Of a stretch of 54,763 nt of DNA, positions 36,807 to 45,416 are shown piece after piece. Both the position numbers and the translations under genes were made by a program. A model generated the notes under the pieces. It worked only from the letters and a program-made list of their open reading frames with translations. It was not told the origin of the DNA and made no database searches. Numbering within the stretch: the stretch's first letter is position 1; each line of letters starts with the position of its first letter. This DNA is from Flavobacteriales bacterium. GTDB lineage: Bacteria > Bacteroidota > Bacteroidia > Flavobacteriales_F > PHOS-HE28. Location: NCBI GenBank assembly GCA_036405935.1, contig DASWWQ010000169.1, positions 1 to 54,763 on the forward strand, in the 5' to 3' direction.

Positions 36807-39800
36807 CTACATGTTCCTGCGGTACTGCCCACCGACTTCGAACATGGCGGCGGTCAGCTGTCCAAGGCTACAGTACTTGGTCGCTTCCATGAGCACTTCG
36901 AACATGTTCTCGTTCTTGATCGCGGCCTGCTGCAGGTCCTTGATCGCCTTGGCGGCTTCTTCGCTGTAGGCCGCGCGCAGATTCTCCACCGTGGCGATCT
37001 GCGCCTCCTTCTCTTCCTCCGTTGCCCGGATCACTTCCTTCGGCAATACGGTCGGAGAACCTTTCGAACTCAGGAAGGTGTTCACACCGATGATCGGGTA
37101 TTCGCCGGTGTGCTTCAGCGTTTCGTAGTAGAGGCTTTCCTCCTGGATGCGGCTGCGCTGGTACATGGTCTCCATGGCGCCGAGCACGCCGCCGCGTTCG
37201 GTGATGCGGTCGAACTCGGTGAGTACGGCCTCTTCCACCAGGTCGGTGAGCTCTTCGATGATGAAGCTGCCCTGCAACGGGTTCTCGTTCTTGGCCAGGC
37301 CGAGCTCCTTGTTGATGATCAGCTGGATGGCCATGGCGCGGCGCACGCTTTCCTCGGTGGGCGTGGTGATGGCCTCGTCGTAGGCGTTTGTGTGCAGGCT
37401 GTTGCAGTTGTCGTAGATGGCGTAGAGCGCCTGCAACGTGGTGCGGATGTCGTTGAAGTCGATCTCCTGCGCGTGGAGGCTGCGGCCGCTGGTCTGGATG
37501 TGGTACTTGAGCATCTGGCTGCGCTCGTCGGCGCCGTAGCGGTGCTTGAGCGCCTTGGCCCAGAGGCGGCGCGCCACGCGGCCCATCACGGCGTATTCGG
37601 GGTCCATGCCGTTGCTGAAGAAGAAGCTCAGGTTGGGCGCGAAGGCGTTGATGTCCATGCCGCGGCTGAGGTAGTACTCCACGTAGGTGAAGCCGTTGGC
37701 CAGCGTGAACGCGAGCTGCGAGATGGGGTTGGCGCCGGCCTCCGCGATGTGGTAGCCGCTGATGCTGACGCTGTAGAAGTTGCGGACCTTCTTGTCGATG
37801 AAGTACTGCTGCACGTCGCCCATCAACCGCAGCGCGAACTCGGTGCTGAAGATGCAGGTGTTCTGCGCCTGGTCCTCCTTGAGGATGTCGGCCTGCACGG
37901 TGCCGCGGACCTGCGCGAGGGTGTCGGCCTTGATCTTGGCGTAGACGTCGGGGGGGAGGACTTGGTCGCCGGTTATTCCGAGCAACAGCAAGCCGAGACC
38001 GTCGTTGCCTTGGGGGATCTCACCATGGTAATGCGGCCGTGCGCTGCTGGCCTTAGGCTGCTGGCTGCTGGCCTGCTTGGCGTGGCCAGTAGCCAGGAGC
38101 GAGGAGCCAGCAGCTTTCCACCGCTCTTGGATCTTCTTCTCCACCTCTGCTTCCAGTCCGTGCTCCCGGATATACTTCTCGCAGTTCTGATCGATGGCTG
38201 CGTTCATGAAGAAGCCGAGCAGCATGGGTGCCGGACCGTTGATGGTCATGCTCACGCTGGTGGTGGGTGCGCTCAGGTCGAAGCCGCTGTAGAGCTTCTT
38301 GGCATCGTCGAGGCAGCAGATGCTCACGCCACTGTTGCCCACCTTGCCGTAGATGTCGGGACGGCGGCCGGGATCATGCCCATACAGCGTCACGCTGTCG
38401 AAGGCGGTGCTGAGGCGCTTGGCCGGTAGGCCTTGGCTGACGTAGTGGAAGCGCTTGTTGGTGCGCTCGGGTCCGCCCTCGCCGGCGAACATGCGTGCGG
38501 GATCCTCGCCTTGGCGTTTGAACGGATAGATGCCCGCCGTGTAGGGGAAGAAGCCGGGCGTGTTCTCCTGCATGGCCCAGCGGACCTTGTCGCCCCAGCT
38601 GCGGAACTTCGGCAGCGCCACCTTCGGGATCTTCAGGTGACTGAGGCTCTCGGTGTGGTTGGGCACCTTGATCTCCTTGCCGCGTACCAGGTAGGTGTAG
38701 AACTCGCCGCTGTACTTCTCCTCTTCGCTCTTCCAGCCCGTGAGCATGGACCAGAGGTGGGGGTCGAGATCCTTGCGCAGCTCATCGAACTTCTTGACCA
38801 ATGAAGCTACTTCTGGGCCCAGTTGCGGGTTGACGGGTTGACGGGTTGTGTGTTGGCTGTCGTCCTCCACCCGTAACCCGCCAACCCGCAACCCGTCAAC
38901 GCTTTCGAGCAGATCCGGTCCCCCGAAGGTCAGAACGGCCGAGTACAATCCGTACAGCTTGTCCGCGATCTCCGCCTGCTGCTTCACCTTGCCGTCGTAG
39001 CGGCGGTTGTTCTCGCTGATCTCGCTGAGGTAGCGGCTCTTGGCGGGGGGGATGATCCAGACCTTTTCGCTCATCTCGTCGTGCGCGGCGAAGGTGCTCT
39101 TGAAGTCCGTGCCCGTCTTCTCGGCGATCTTCTTCATCAAGCGCGCATAGAGCACGTTGGTGCCGGGATCGTTGAACTGGCTCGCGATGGTGCCCACCAC
39201 GGGCAGGTCATCGTCATTGGCGTCCCACAGCTGGTGGTTGCGCTTGTACTGCTTCTTCACGTCGCGCAGGGCATCGAGGGCGCCGCGCTTGTCGAACTTG
39301 TTGATGGCCACCACATCGGCGAAGTCGAGCATGTCGATCTTCTCCAACTGCGTGGCCGCGCCGAACTCCGGCGTCATGATGTAGAGGCTGACGTCGCTGT
39401 GGTCCAGGATCTCGGTGTCGCTCTGGCCGATGCCGCTCGTTTCCAGCACGATCAGGTCGAAGCCTGCGGCCTTCAGCACGCTCACCGCCTCCTTCACGTG
39501 CTTGCTCAGCGCGAGGTTGCTCTGGCGCGTGGCCAAGGAACGCATGTACACCCGCTCCCCGCGGATGCTGTTCATGCGGATGCGGTCGCCCAGCAGCGCA
39601 CCGCCGGTCTTGCGCTTGCTCGGGTCCACGGAAATGACACCGATCGTCTTCGTGGGTTGGTCCAGGATGAAACGGCGGATCAGCTCATCCACCATGGAGG
39701 ATTTGCCCGCGCCGCCCGTACCCGTGATGCCCAGCACCGGCGCCTTGCTGGCCTCGGCCTTCTTGTGGATCTCGTCGGCGATCTTCCCGAACACCGCCGG

Positions 39801-40334
39801 GTGGTTCTCCGCCGTGCTGATCAACTTGGCGATGGCCGGCCAGTTCTGCGGCGTCAGCTTCTTCGCTTCGCCGTTCACCTTGTCGCTGAGGTCGAAGTCG
39901 GCCTTCTCCAGCATGTCGTTGATCATGCCCTGGAGGCCCATCGCGCGGCCGTCGTCCGGATGATAGAGTCGCGTGATGCCGTACCGATGCAGTTCCTCGA
40001 TCTCCTCGGGCAGGATGGTGCCGCCGCCGCCGCCGAAGATCTTGATGTGCCCTGCGCCCTTCTCCTTCAGCAGGTCGTACATGTACTTGAAGTACTCCGT
40101 GTGCCCGCCCTGGTAGCTGGTCATGGCGATGGCGTGCGCATCCTCCTGGATCGCGGTGTTCACCACGTCCTCCACGCTGCGGTCGTGCCCCAGGTGGATC
40201 ACCTCGGCGCCGGTGCTCTGGATGATGCGCCGCATGATATTGATGGCGGCATCATGGCCATCGAAGAGGCTGGCGGCGGTAACGACGCGGATCTTGTGCT
40301 TGGGCTGGTAGGGAGGGGCGGTGACGAAGGACAT
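36807..40334 (-). CDS. icmF: Fused isobutyryl-CoA mutase (B12-binding domain + MeaB-like GTPase + mutase TIM barrel)
   Basis: 1175 aa. N-terminal B12 domain ([18 protein letters not shown]), P-loop [16 protein letters not shown], and a C-terminal methylmalonyl-CoA-mutase-like domain ([19 protein letters not shown]). Confidence 0.93.
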   Translation of the reverse strand: MSFVTAPPYQPKHKIRVVTAASLFDGHDAAINIMRRIIQSTGAEVIHLGHDRSVEDVVNTAIQEDAHAIAMTSYQGGHTEYFKYMYDLLKEKGAGHIKIFGGGGGTILPEEIEELHRYGITRLYHPDDGRAMGLQGMINDMLEKADFDLSDKVNGEAKKLTPQNWPAIAKLISTAENHPAVFGKIADEIHKKAEASKAPVLGITGTGGAGKSSMVDELIRRFILDQPTKTIGVISVDPSKRKTGGALLGDRIRMNSIRGERVYMRSLATRQSNLALSKHVKEAVSVLKAAGFDLIVLETSGIGQSDTEILDHSDVSLYIMTPEFGAATQLEKIDMLDFADVVAINKFDKRGALDALRDVKKQYKRNHQLWDANDDDLPVVGTIASQFNDPGTNVLYARLMKKIAEKTGTDFKSTFAAHDEMSEKVWIIPPAKSRYLSEISENNRRYDGKVKQQAEIADKLYGLYSAVLTFGGPDLLESVDGLRVGGLRVEDDSQHTTRQPVNPQLGPEVASLVKKFDELRKDLDPHLWSMLTGWKSEEEKYSGEFYTYLVRGKEIKVPNHTESLSHLKIPKVALPKFRSWGDKVRWAMQENTPGFFPYTAGIYPFKRQGEDPARMFAGEGGPERTNKRFHYVSQGLPAKRLSTAFDSVTLYGHDPGRRPDIYGKVGNSGVSICCLDDAKKLYSGFDLSAPTTSVSMTINGPAPMLLGFFMNAAIDQNCEKYIREHGLEAEVEKKIQERWKAAGSSLLATGHAKQASSQQPKASSARPHYHGEIPQGNDGLGLLLLGITGDQVLPPDVYAKIKADTLAQVRGTVQADILKEDQAQNTCIFSTEFALRLMGDVQQYFIDKKVRNFYSVSISGYHIAEAGANPISQLAFTLANGFTYVEYYLSRGMDINAFAPNLSFFFSNGMDPEYAVMGRVARRLWAKALKHRYGADERSQMLKYHIQTSGRSLHAQEIDFNDIRTTLQALYAIYDNCNSLHTNAYDEAITTPTEESVRRAMAIQLIINKELGLAKNENPLQGSFIIEELTDLVEEAVLTEFDRITERGGVLGAMETMYQRSRIQEESLYYETLKHTGEYPIIGVNTFLSSKGSPTVLPKEVIRATEEEKEAQIATVENLRAAYSEEAAKAIKDLQQAAIKNENMFEVLMEATKYCSLGQLTAAMFEVGGQYRRNM
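38043..38114. repeat. In-frame hairpin-forming insertion in icmF (GCTGCTGG-type repeats)
   Basis: 31-nt arms at 38043..38073 and 38084..38114, 24/31 complementary, with a 10-nt loop. Encodes part of [18 protein letters not shown]. Confidence 0.6.
38822..38900. repeat. In-frame hairpin-forming insertion in icmF (GGGTTG-type heptamer/octamer repeats)
   Basis: Left arm GTTGCGGGTTGACGGGTTGACGGGTTG (38822..38848). The reverse complement of the right arm (38868..38900) is GTTGACGGGTTGCGGGTTGGCGGGTTACGGGTG. Encodes [27 protein letters not shown] in the GTPase-mutase linker. Confidence 0.65.
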
Positions 40335-40635
40335 GCTGGGCTGCCGCAGCTAGGGCGCGGCTTGCCGCGAAGGTATTGGTCCAGCTTCTATCGGGGCGCG
40401 TTCGGGCGTGCCCCTTCCCCCACTCACCCTTCCAACGCACGGGTCGCGTGCTACGCTGTAGTCCCGCACCATCGGCCAGCGGCTGCTCTTGCGGCGGTGG
40501 CTTCCTGCTGTCGCCTCATCGCTGTGGCATCCCCAAGGCCTCTGGGTGCGCGAGCTGTCGCTACGCCCGCTCACGCGGAACTCGTTCCCGGTCCTGAACT
40601 GTCGATTGCAAGACCTCTCCAATCCGAGTTCCGGT

Positions 40636-41469
40636 TCAATGCTCCTGATCATACATCCCCATGATGTGCCGCATTGCTTCTTCTTGAACGCTTGCTAGCA
40701 TTGGGTCATCGGGGTGAAGGGCAGTGTAGTGCTGTAGGAACCATATCGGGATCTGGTCATGCTGGAATCTCCAATTCGAATCTTCCTCCGTCCGTTTCAT
40801 CTCACAGAACAATCGACTTTCCTTTCTGGAATTATCCCACAAATAAGCATGGTAGGCTATTCCCAATGCCTCGTTCAGGTGGCCCATGGTTCGATCATAA
40901 CGTTTGATGATCTTATCCCTTGGCACATCATGTCCACCCTGCTTCACCCGGATCTCCTTCACGCGTTGCACGTTGATATCCGGGGTCTCCGTAGAAACGA
41001 AGTACAAGTACACCTTGTAGCCCGCCGCCTTCGCCCGCTTCATCAACTCCAGCTTGTTCGGATGGCTGAACACCGTCTCGAAGGAGAACTTCCGCTTCGC
41101 CTTCAGTAACTCATCGTACAGGAACTGCGCGATCAGCTGGGCCACACGGTCCTTGGGCAACGCGGGTTCAGAGCGGACGCGTTTCGGTGTCCAACGCACA
41201 CCTTCAGCCAATCGCTCAACGGTCAATGCCTTATCCAACAAGCCTGAAATGTTCGCAAAGGCTATGAAGCCCTCGGTACCCAGTTCCAGATCGAACGGCG
41301 TTAGATCATAGCCCTTGCCCAACGCTTTCGCTATTTCGTCCGCGTTGATGTACACACCGAAGTCGACGGGGCGTCCATTCACCCGTGCCTTCCGAACCTC
41401 CTCGATGATAGTGGTCTTACCTGATCCGTTTGGACCAGCGAATACCCGCAAGCGCAACGAACGCGCCAT
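40636..41469 (-). CDS. Zeta-toxin / COG4185-type P-loop kinase-fold protein
   Basis: 277 aa. Walker A VFAGPNGSGKTT. FETVFSHP...GYKVYLYFVSTETPDINVQRVKEIRVKQGGHDVPRDKIIKRYDRT matches the zeta/AAA_33-like pattern. Lower GC than neighbours. Confidence 0.75.
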   Translation of the reverse strand: MARSLRLRVFAGPNGSGKTTIIEEVRKARVNGRPVDFGVYINADEIAKALGKGYDLTPFDLELGTEGFIAFANISGLLDKALTVERLAEGVRWTPKRVRSEPALPKDRVAQLIAQFLYDELLKAKRKFSFETVFSHPNKLELMKRAKAAGYKVYLYFVSTETPDINVQRVKEIRVKQGGHDVPRDKIIKRYDRTMGHLNEALGIAYHAYLWDNSRKESRLFCEMKRTEEDSNWRFQHDQIPIWFLQHYTALHPDDPMLASVQEEAMRHIMGMYDQEH

Positions 41470-41473
41470 AGGT

Positions 41474-41698
41474 TCAAGCTGCCGGTAGTTCGATCCGCTT
41501 GACCTTCTTCTTCACCTTGCCGCTCTTGTCCACCCGCACCAACCAGCCATCCTGAACCACCAACAAGGTATCGACCACCTTGAACGCTGCTTTGCTGGCC
41601 GCTTTGGTCGCCGTGGCCGAAGCGCGCCGCAAGGCCTTGCTCGTGAGCGGAGCTTTCACCGCCTTCTTGCGGGGGCGCGCAGTGGATTTCGTGGCCAT
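41474..41698 (-). CDS. Small basic protein, candidate cognate antitoxin/partner of the zeta-like gene
   Basis: 74 aa and Lys/Ala-rich. Lies 4 nt upstream of the zeta-like gene on the same strand. Confidence 0.45.
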   Translation of the reverse strand: MATKSTARPRKKAVKAPLTSKALRRASATATKAASKAAFKVVDTLLVVQDGWLVRVDKSGKVKKKVKRIELPAA

Positions 41699-41715
41699 GG
41701 GTGAAAGATACGCCC

Positions 41716-41900
41716 GTATCGTGCCTCATGTGGATCACCTCCGCTCCGGTGCTCTGGATGATACGCCGTATGATGTTGCCCGGGTCAGAGCCCGGGGCAG
41801 GTTCCGGCCTCGTGGTCATCGAAGAGGCTGGCGGCGGTAACGACGTGGATCCCTCGACAAGCTCGGGACAGGTTCTTGTGCTTAGGGACGTAGGGAGGGG
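41716..41900 (-). pseudogene. icmF: 5' remnant of the second icmF copy (about first 55 codons) with small palindromic insertions
   Basis: The reverse strand reads PFVQAPPYVPKHK...[13 protein letters not shown]...[19 protein letters not shown], versus [51 protein letters not shown] in the intact gene. Upstream-region similarity continues to about 41965 (GGGCGTGCCCC block). Confidence 0.75.
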
Positions 41901-42056
41901 CTTGGACGAATGGCCTGGCGTGAAAGTACCGGGCACGATGCGAACGCGGAAGTGTTTGGGCGTGCCCCGGCCCAAAGCCAGCCGGGTCGGGCCGACCGCT
42001 GGAAGTCCGCAGTCGTGGTTCCGGAGCCTTGGCCCCATCACGGTAGCTTTGTCCGC

Positions 42057-43589
42057 ATGACGAAGAACATGCGCATCCGCCTCCGCCACTTGAAGGTGGG
42101 CGATTTCATCGAGCTGCGCGATACCATGAAAGAGGCCTATCCCGACATGGATAGTGCCATTTGGCGGGAAGATCATATCGACAAGCTGATCCACTTGTTC
42201 CCGGCCGGTCAATTGTGTGTCACCGTGAATGGGCAAGTGGTGGCCGTGGCGCTTTCCATCGTGGTGGATTACGATCTGTACGGCGACAACCACACGTACA
42301 AACAGATCACCGGCAACTACACCTTCAGCACCCACGACCCGGCCGGTGATGTCCTGTACGGCATCGACATCTTCGTTCATCCCGGATACCGCGGTATGCG
42401 CTTGGCACGCCGGCTGTACGAAGGGCGCAAGGAGCTGTGCGAACGACTGAACCTGAAGTCGATCATCGCGGGTGGGCGCATACCCAACTATGCCCAGTAC
42501 GCCGATACGCTGAAGCCGCGCGAATACATCGAGAAGGTGAAGATGAAGGAGCTGCACGACCCTACGCTCAGCTTCCAGCTCAGCAACGATTTCCACGTGC
42601 TGAAGGTGATGACCGGATACCTGCCCGGTGATACCAGTTCACGCGAATTCGCCACGCTGATCGAGTGGAACAACATCTACCACGATCAACGGCCCAAGAT
42701 CGCCGGCCGTGCCAACGACGTGGTGCGTCTGGGACTCGTGCAATGGCAGATGCGTACCATGGCCAACCTCGATGCGCTCTACGATCAAGTGGAGTTCTTC
42801 GTGGATGCCGTGAGCAGCTACCAAGCCGATTTCTGCCTCTTCCCCGAGCTTTTCAACGCACCGCTGCTGGCCGAGTACAACCACTTGGGCGAAGCGGCCG
42901 CCATGCGCGGATTGGCCCGCCACACCGAACCGTTGCGGGACAAGTTCGTGGAGTTCGCGATCCGCTACAACGTCAACATCATCACGGGTTCCATGCCCTG
43001 GATCGATGGTGATCTGCTGAAGAACGTGGGCTACCTCTGCCGTCGCGATGGCAGTTGGGAGAAGTTCGAGAAGATCCACATCACCCCCAACGAAGTGCAG
43101 TACTGGGGCATGACCGGTGGCGATGAGGTGCGTGTATTCGATACGGATTGTGGCAAGATCGGCATCGTGATCTGCTACGATGTGGAGTTCCCGGAACTCT
43201 CACGCCTACTGGCCTTGCAAGGCATGCAGATCCTCTTCGTGCCCTTCCTTACCGATACGCAGAACGGCTACATGCGCGTGCGCCGGTGCGCCCAAGCACG
43301 TGCCATCGAGAACGAGTGCTACGTGGCCATCGCCGGTAGCGTGGGCAACCTGCCCAAGGTGGAGAACATGGACATCCAGTTCGCCCAAAGCGCCGTGTTC
43401 ACGCCCAGCGATTTCGCCTTCCCCACCAACGGCATCAAGAGCGAGGCCACGCCCAATACCGAGATGACCTTGATCGTGGACGTGGACCGCGACCTGCTCA
43501 AGGAACTGCACGCCCACGGCAGCGTACGCATCATGCGCGATCGCCGTACCGACCTCTATAGCCTGCAGTTGCTGAAGAAAGGAACGTAG
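42057..43589 (+). CDS. Bifunctional GNAT N-acetyltransferase / carbon-nitrogen hydrolase (nitrilase superfamily) protein
   Basis: ORF 41910..43589 trimmed to the ATG at 42057. GNAT segment IDIFVHPGYRGMRLARRLY. CN-hydrolase with FPELF, KIHITP and the catalytic-Cys segment GIVICYDVEFPE. Confidence 0.88.
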   Translation: MTKNMRIRLRHLKVGDFIELRDTMKEAYPDMDSAIWREDHIDKLIHLFPAGQLCVTVNGQVVAVALSIVVDYDLYGDNHTYKQITGNYTFSTHDPAGDVLYGIDIFVHPGYRGMRLARRLYEGRKELCERLNLKSIIAGGRIPNYAQYADTLKPREYIEKVKMKELHDPTLSFQLSNDFHVLKVMTGYLPGDTSSREFATLIEWNNIYHDQRPKIAGRANDVVRLGLVQWQMRTMANLDALYDQVEFFVDAVSSYQADFCLFPELFNAPLLAEYNHLGEAAAMRGLARHTEPLRDKFVEFAIRYNVNIITGSMPWIDGDLLKNVGYLCRRDGSWEKFEKIHITPNEVQYWGMTGGDEVRVFDTDCGKIGIVICYDVEFPELSRLLALQGMQILFVPFLTDTQNGYMRVRRCAQARAIENECYVAIAGSVGNLPKVENMDIQFAQSAVFTPSDFAFPTNGIKSEATPNTEMTLIVDVDRDLLKELHAHGSVRIMRDRRTDLYSLQLLKKGT

Positions 43590-43655
43590 CACAGCTCGGC
43601 GACAAACAGTACAACCGCTTCCATACACACCGGATCGGACCAACGCAAATCACCC

Positions 43656-44018
43656 ATGAACACCAAGGATATCGGTAACCGGCTCGTGGAACTCTGCCGC
43701 CAAGGCAAGTTCGATGAAGCGGTGCATGAACTCTACGCAGAGGACATCGTCAGTGTGGAGGCCGGGGGGCCGCCCGGCATGGACCGGACCGCGCGGGGCA
43801 AGCCGGCCGTTATCGCCAAGGGCGAATGGTGGTCGGCGAACCACGAGGTGCACAGCGTCACCGCTGAAGGACCGTTCCCGATGGACGACCGTTTCGCGGT
43901 GTATTTCCTCATCGACCTTACGAACAAGCCCAGCGGCCAACGCATCGCCATGAAGGAGGTGGCGCTCTACACCACCGCCAACGGGAAGATCGTACGCGAG
44001 GAGTTCCTGTACGGGTAG
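43656..44018 (+). CDS. SnoaL-like / NTF2-fold protein
   Basis: 120 aa. N-terminal IGNRLVELCRQGKFDEAVHELYAEDIVSVE, typical of SnoaL-like small proteins. Confidence 0.7.
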   Translation: MNTKDIGNRLVELCRQGKFDEAVHELYAEDIVSVEAGGPPGMDRTARGKPAVIAKGEWWSANHEVHSVTAEGPFPMDDRFAVYFLIDLTNKPSGQRIAMKEVALYTTANGKIVREEFLYG

Positions 44019-44028
44019 AGCGGATCGT

Positions 44029-45255
44029 TCACTCCACCGCCGCCAGCTTCTCCCCATACCGCCCCAAAAGTTCCCAGATGCGGATGTGGTGGGTGAAGTC
44101 CTCCAGGTCGGTGTTCACGATCAGGTAGCGGCCCACGCCGGTGCTCCGGTCCACGAAGAGCATGGAGAAGGTACCGGGATCACCGCCGGTGTGCCCGAAG
44201 TAGGTCCCGGAGCCGAAGCCCATGAGGATGCCCATGTTGTGCTCATCGGTGAACGGCCCCTTGGCGCGGTCCACGAAGTGCGCGGCCGTCAATTGCTCGC
44301 GGAAGTACTCGGCATAACCGGCCTTGTCCAGGACGGTGCCTTCACCGCGATGGCCCCTGATCAGTTCCGCCACGTATTTCGCCATGTCCGCGGGTGTGCT
44401 GACGAACCCTCCATCCGGGTAGGTGATGCAGTAGTAGTCCGGGTAGTGTTCGGTGCGTGTGCGGTACAGCTGCGTCATTTGAATGTCGCTGCGTGGGCCC
44501 ATGCGCCAGTAGGACGATGCCATGCCCAGCGGGTCCAGGATATGCTGTTGGGTGAACGCATCGAACGACATACCCGTTGCCTTCTCCACGACCAACGCTG
44601 CCAGCGTTGCGCCGACGTTCGAGTATTCGAACCTTTCACCGGGCTTCGTGTCCATGAAGGCCGAATTGGAGTAGTAGGCACTGTCCTTCATCAGGTAGCG
44701 CCGGAGGAAGGTCTCCATGGGCAGAGCGGCGGAAGGCGCACTGAACCGGCAAGGGCTGATGTCGATGGACAGGTGGGCCTGCAGGTCGGCGGTATCGGAA
44801 AGGATGTACGTCCGATGCAGGTAGTCGTCGGTGTCCGTGATCGAGGACGTGTGCGTAACGAGATGCCGGAGCGTGATCGGCACCTCGGCGTGGTTCGGGT
44901 TGATGATGGCGAAAGGCAGGTGTTCCGCGATCGGGTCATCGAGCTGCAGCTTCCCGAGCTGTTGTGCCTTCAGCACCGCCAGACCGACCAAGGTCTTCGA
45001 GATGGACGCGATCGGCTGACGCGTATGGTCCCCGTAAGGAAGATGCCGGGCCACATCGGACCGGCCGAAGCCACGGTGGTACAACACGCCATCGGGTCCC
45101 GCAAGCGCCACACAGAAACCGTTGATGTCCGCGCTTTGGCTCAGCAGCGTCAGGGAGTCGGACAGCTCCTTTTCCAGCGATGCGCGGTCGGTAGGGGTAT
45201 TGGTGCCGCACGCCGCGAGCAGGCCAACAAGGGGGGTGAGGAATAGGAGCTTCAA
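44029..45255 (-). CDS. Beta-lactamase-fold serine hydrolase lipoprotein
   Basis: ORF 44029..45414 trimmed to the TTG at 45255 (MKLLFLTPLVGLLAAC lipobox). SxxK motif in IASISKTLVG. Confidence 0.8.
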   Translation of the reverse strand: MKLLFLTPLVGLLAACGTNTPTDRASLEKELSDSLTLLSQSADINGFCVALAGPDGVLYHRGFGRSDVARHLPYGDHTRQPIASISKTLVGLAVLKAQQLGKLQLDDPIAEHLPFAIINPNHAEVPITLRHLVTHTSSITDTDDYLHRTYILSDTADLQAHLSIDISPCRFSAPSAALPMETFLRRYLMKDSAYYSNSAFMDTKPGERFEYSNVGATLAALVVEKATGMSFDAFTQQHILDPLGMASSYWRMGPRSDIQMTQLYRTRTEHYPDYYCITYPDGGFVSTPADMAKYVAELIRGHRGEGTVLDKAGYAEYFREQLTAAHFVDRAKGPFTDEHNMGILMGFGSGTYFGHTGGDPGTFSMLFVDRSTGVGRYLIVNTDLEDFTHHIRIWELLGRYGEKLAAVE

Positions 45256-45416
45256 TGTGGAGGACCGTGTGCGAAGATCCGACCGCTGGGGGGGCGCAAA
45301 GGTTGCCCGGCAGGCTTCAGCCTTCCTGTGTTGAACAAATCCCGGCGCTTTTCCGTAGCGGTGGGCAGGCCGCTTTCTCTTTGCGGCTGCGTCCTTCTCC
45401 TGGACCAACCACACCT

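Noticed and set aside
40335-40635. Possible cobalamin riboswitch upstream of the B12-dependent icmF
   Set aside because: I could not find a B12-box-like core or the usual conserved junction sequences on the minus strand. I kept it only as an unexplained spacer.
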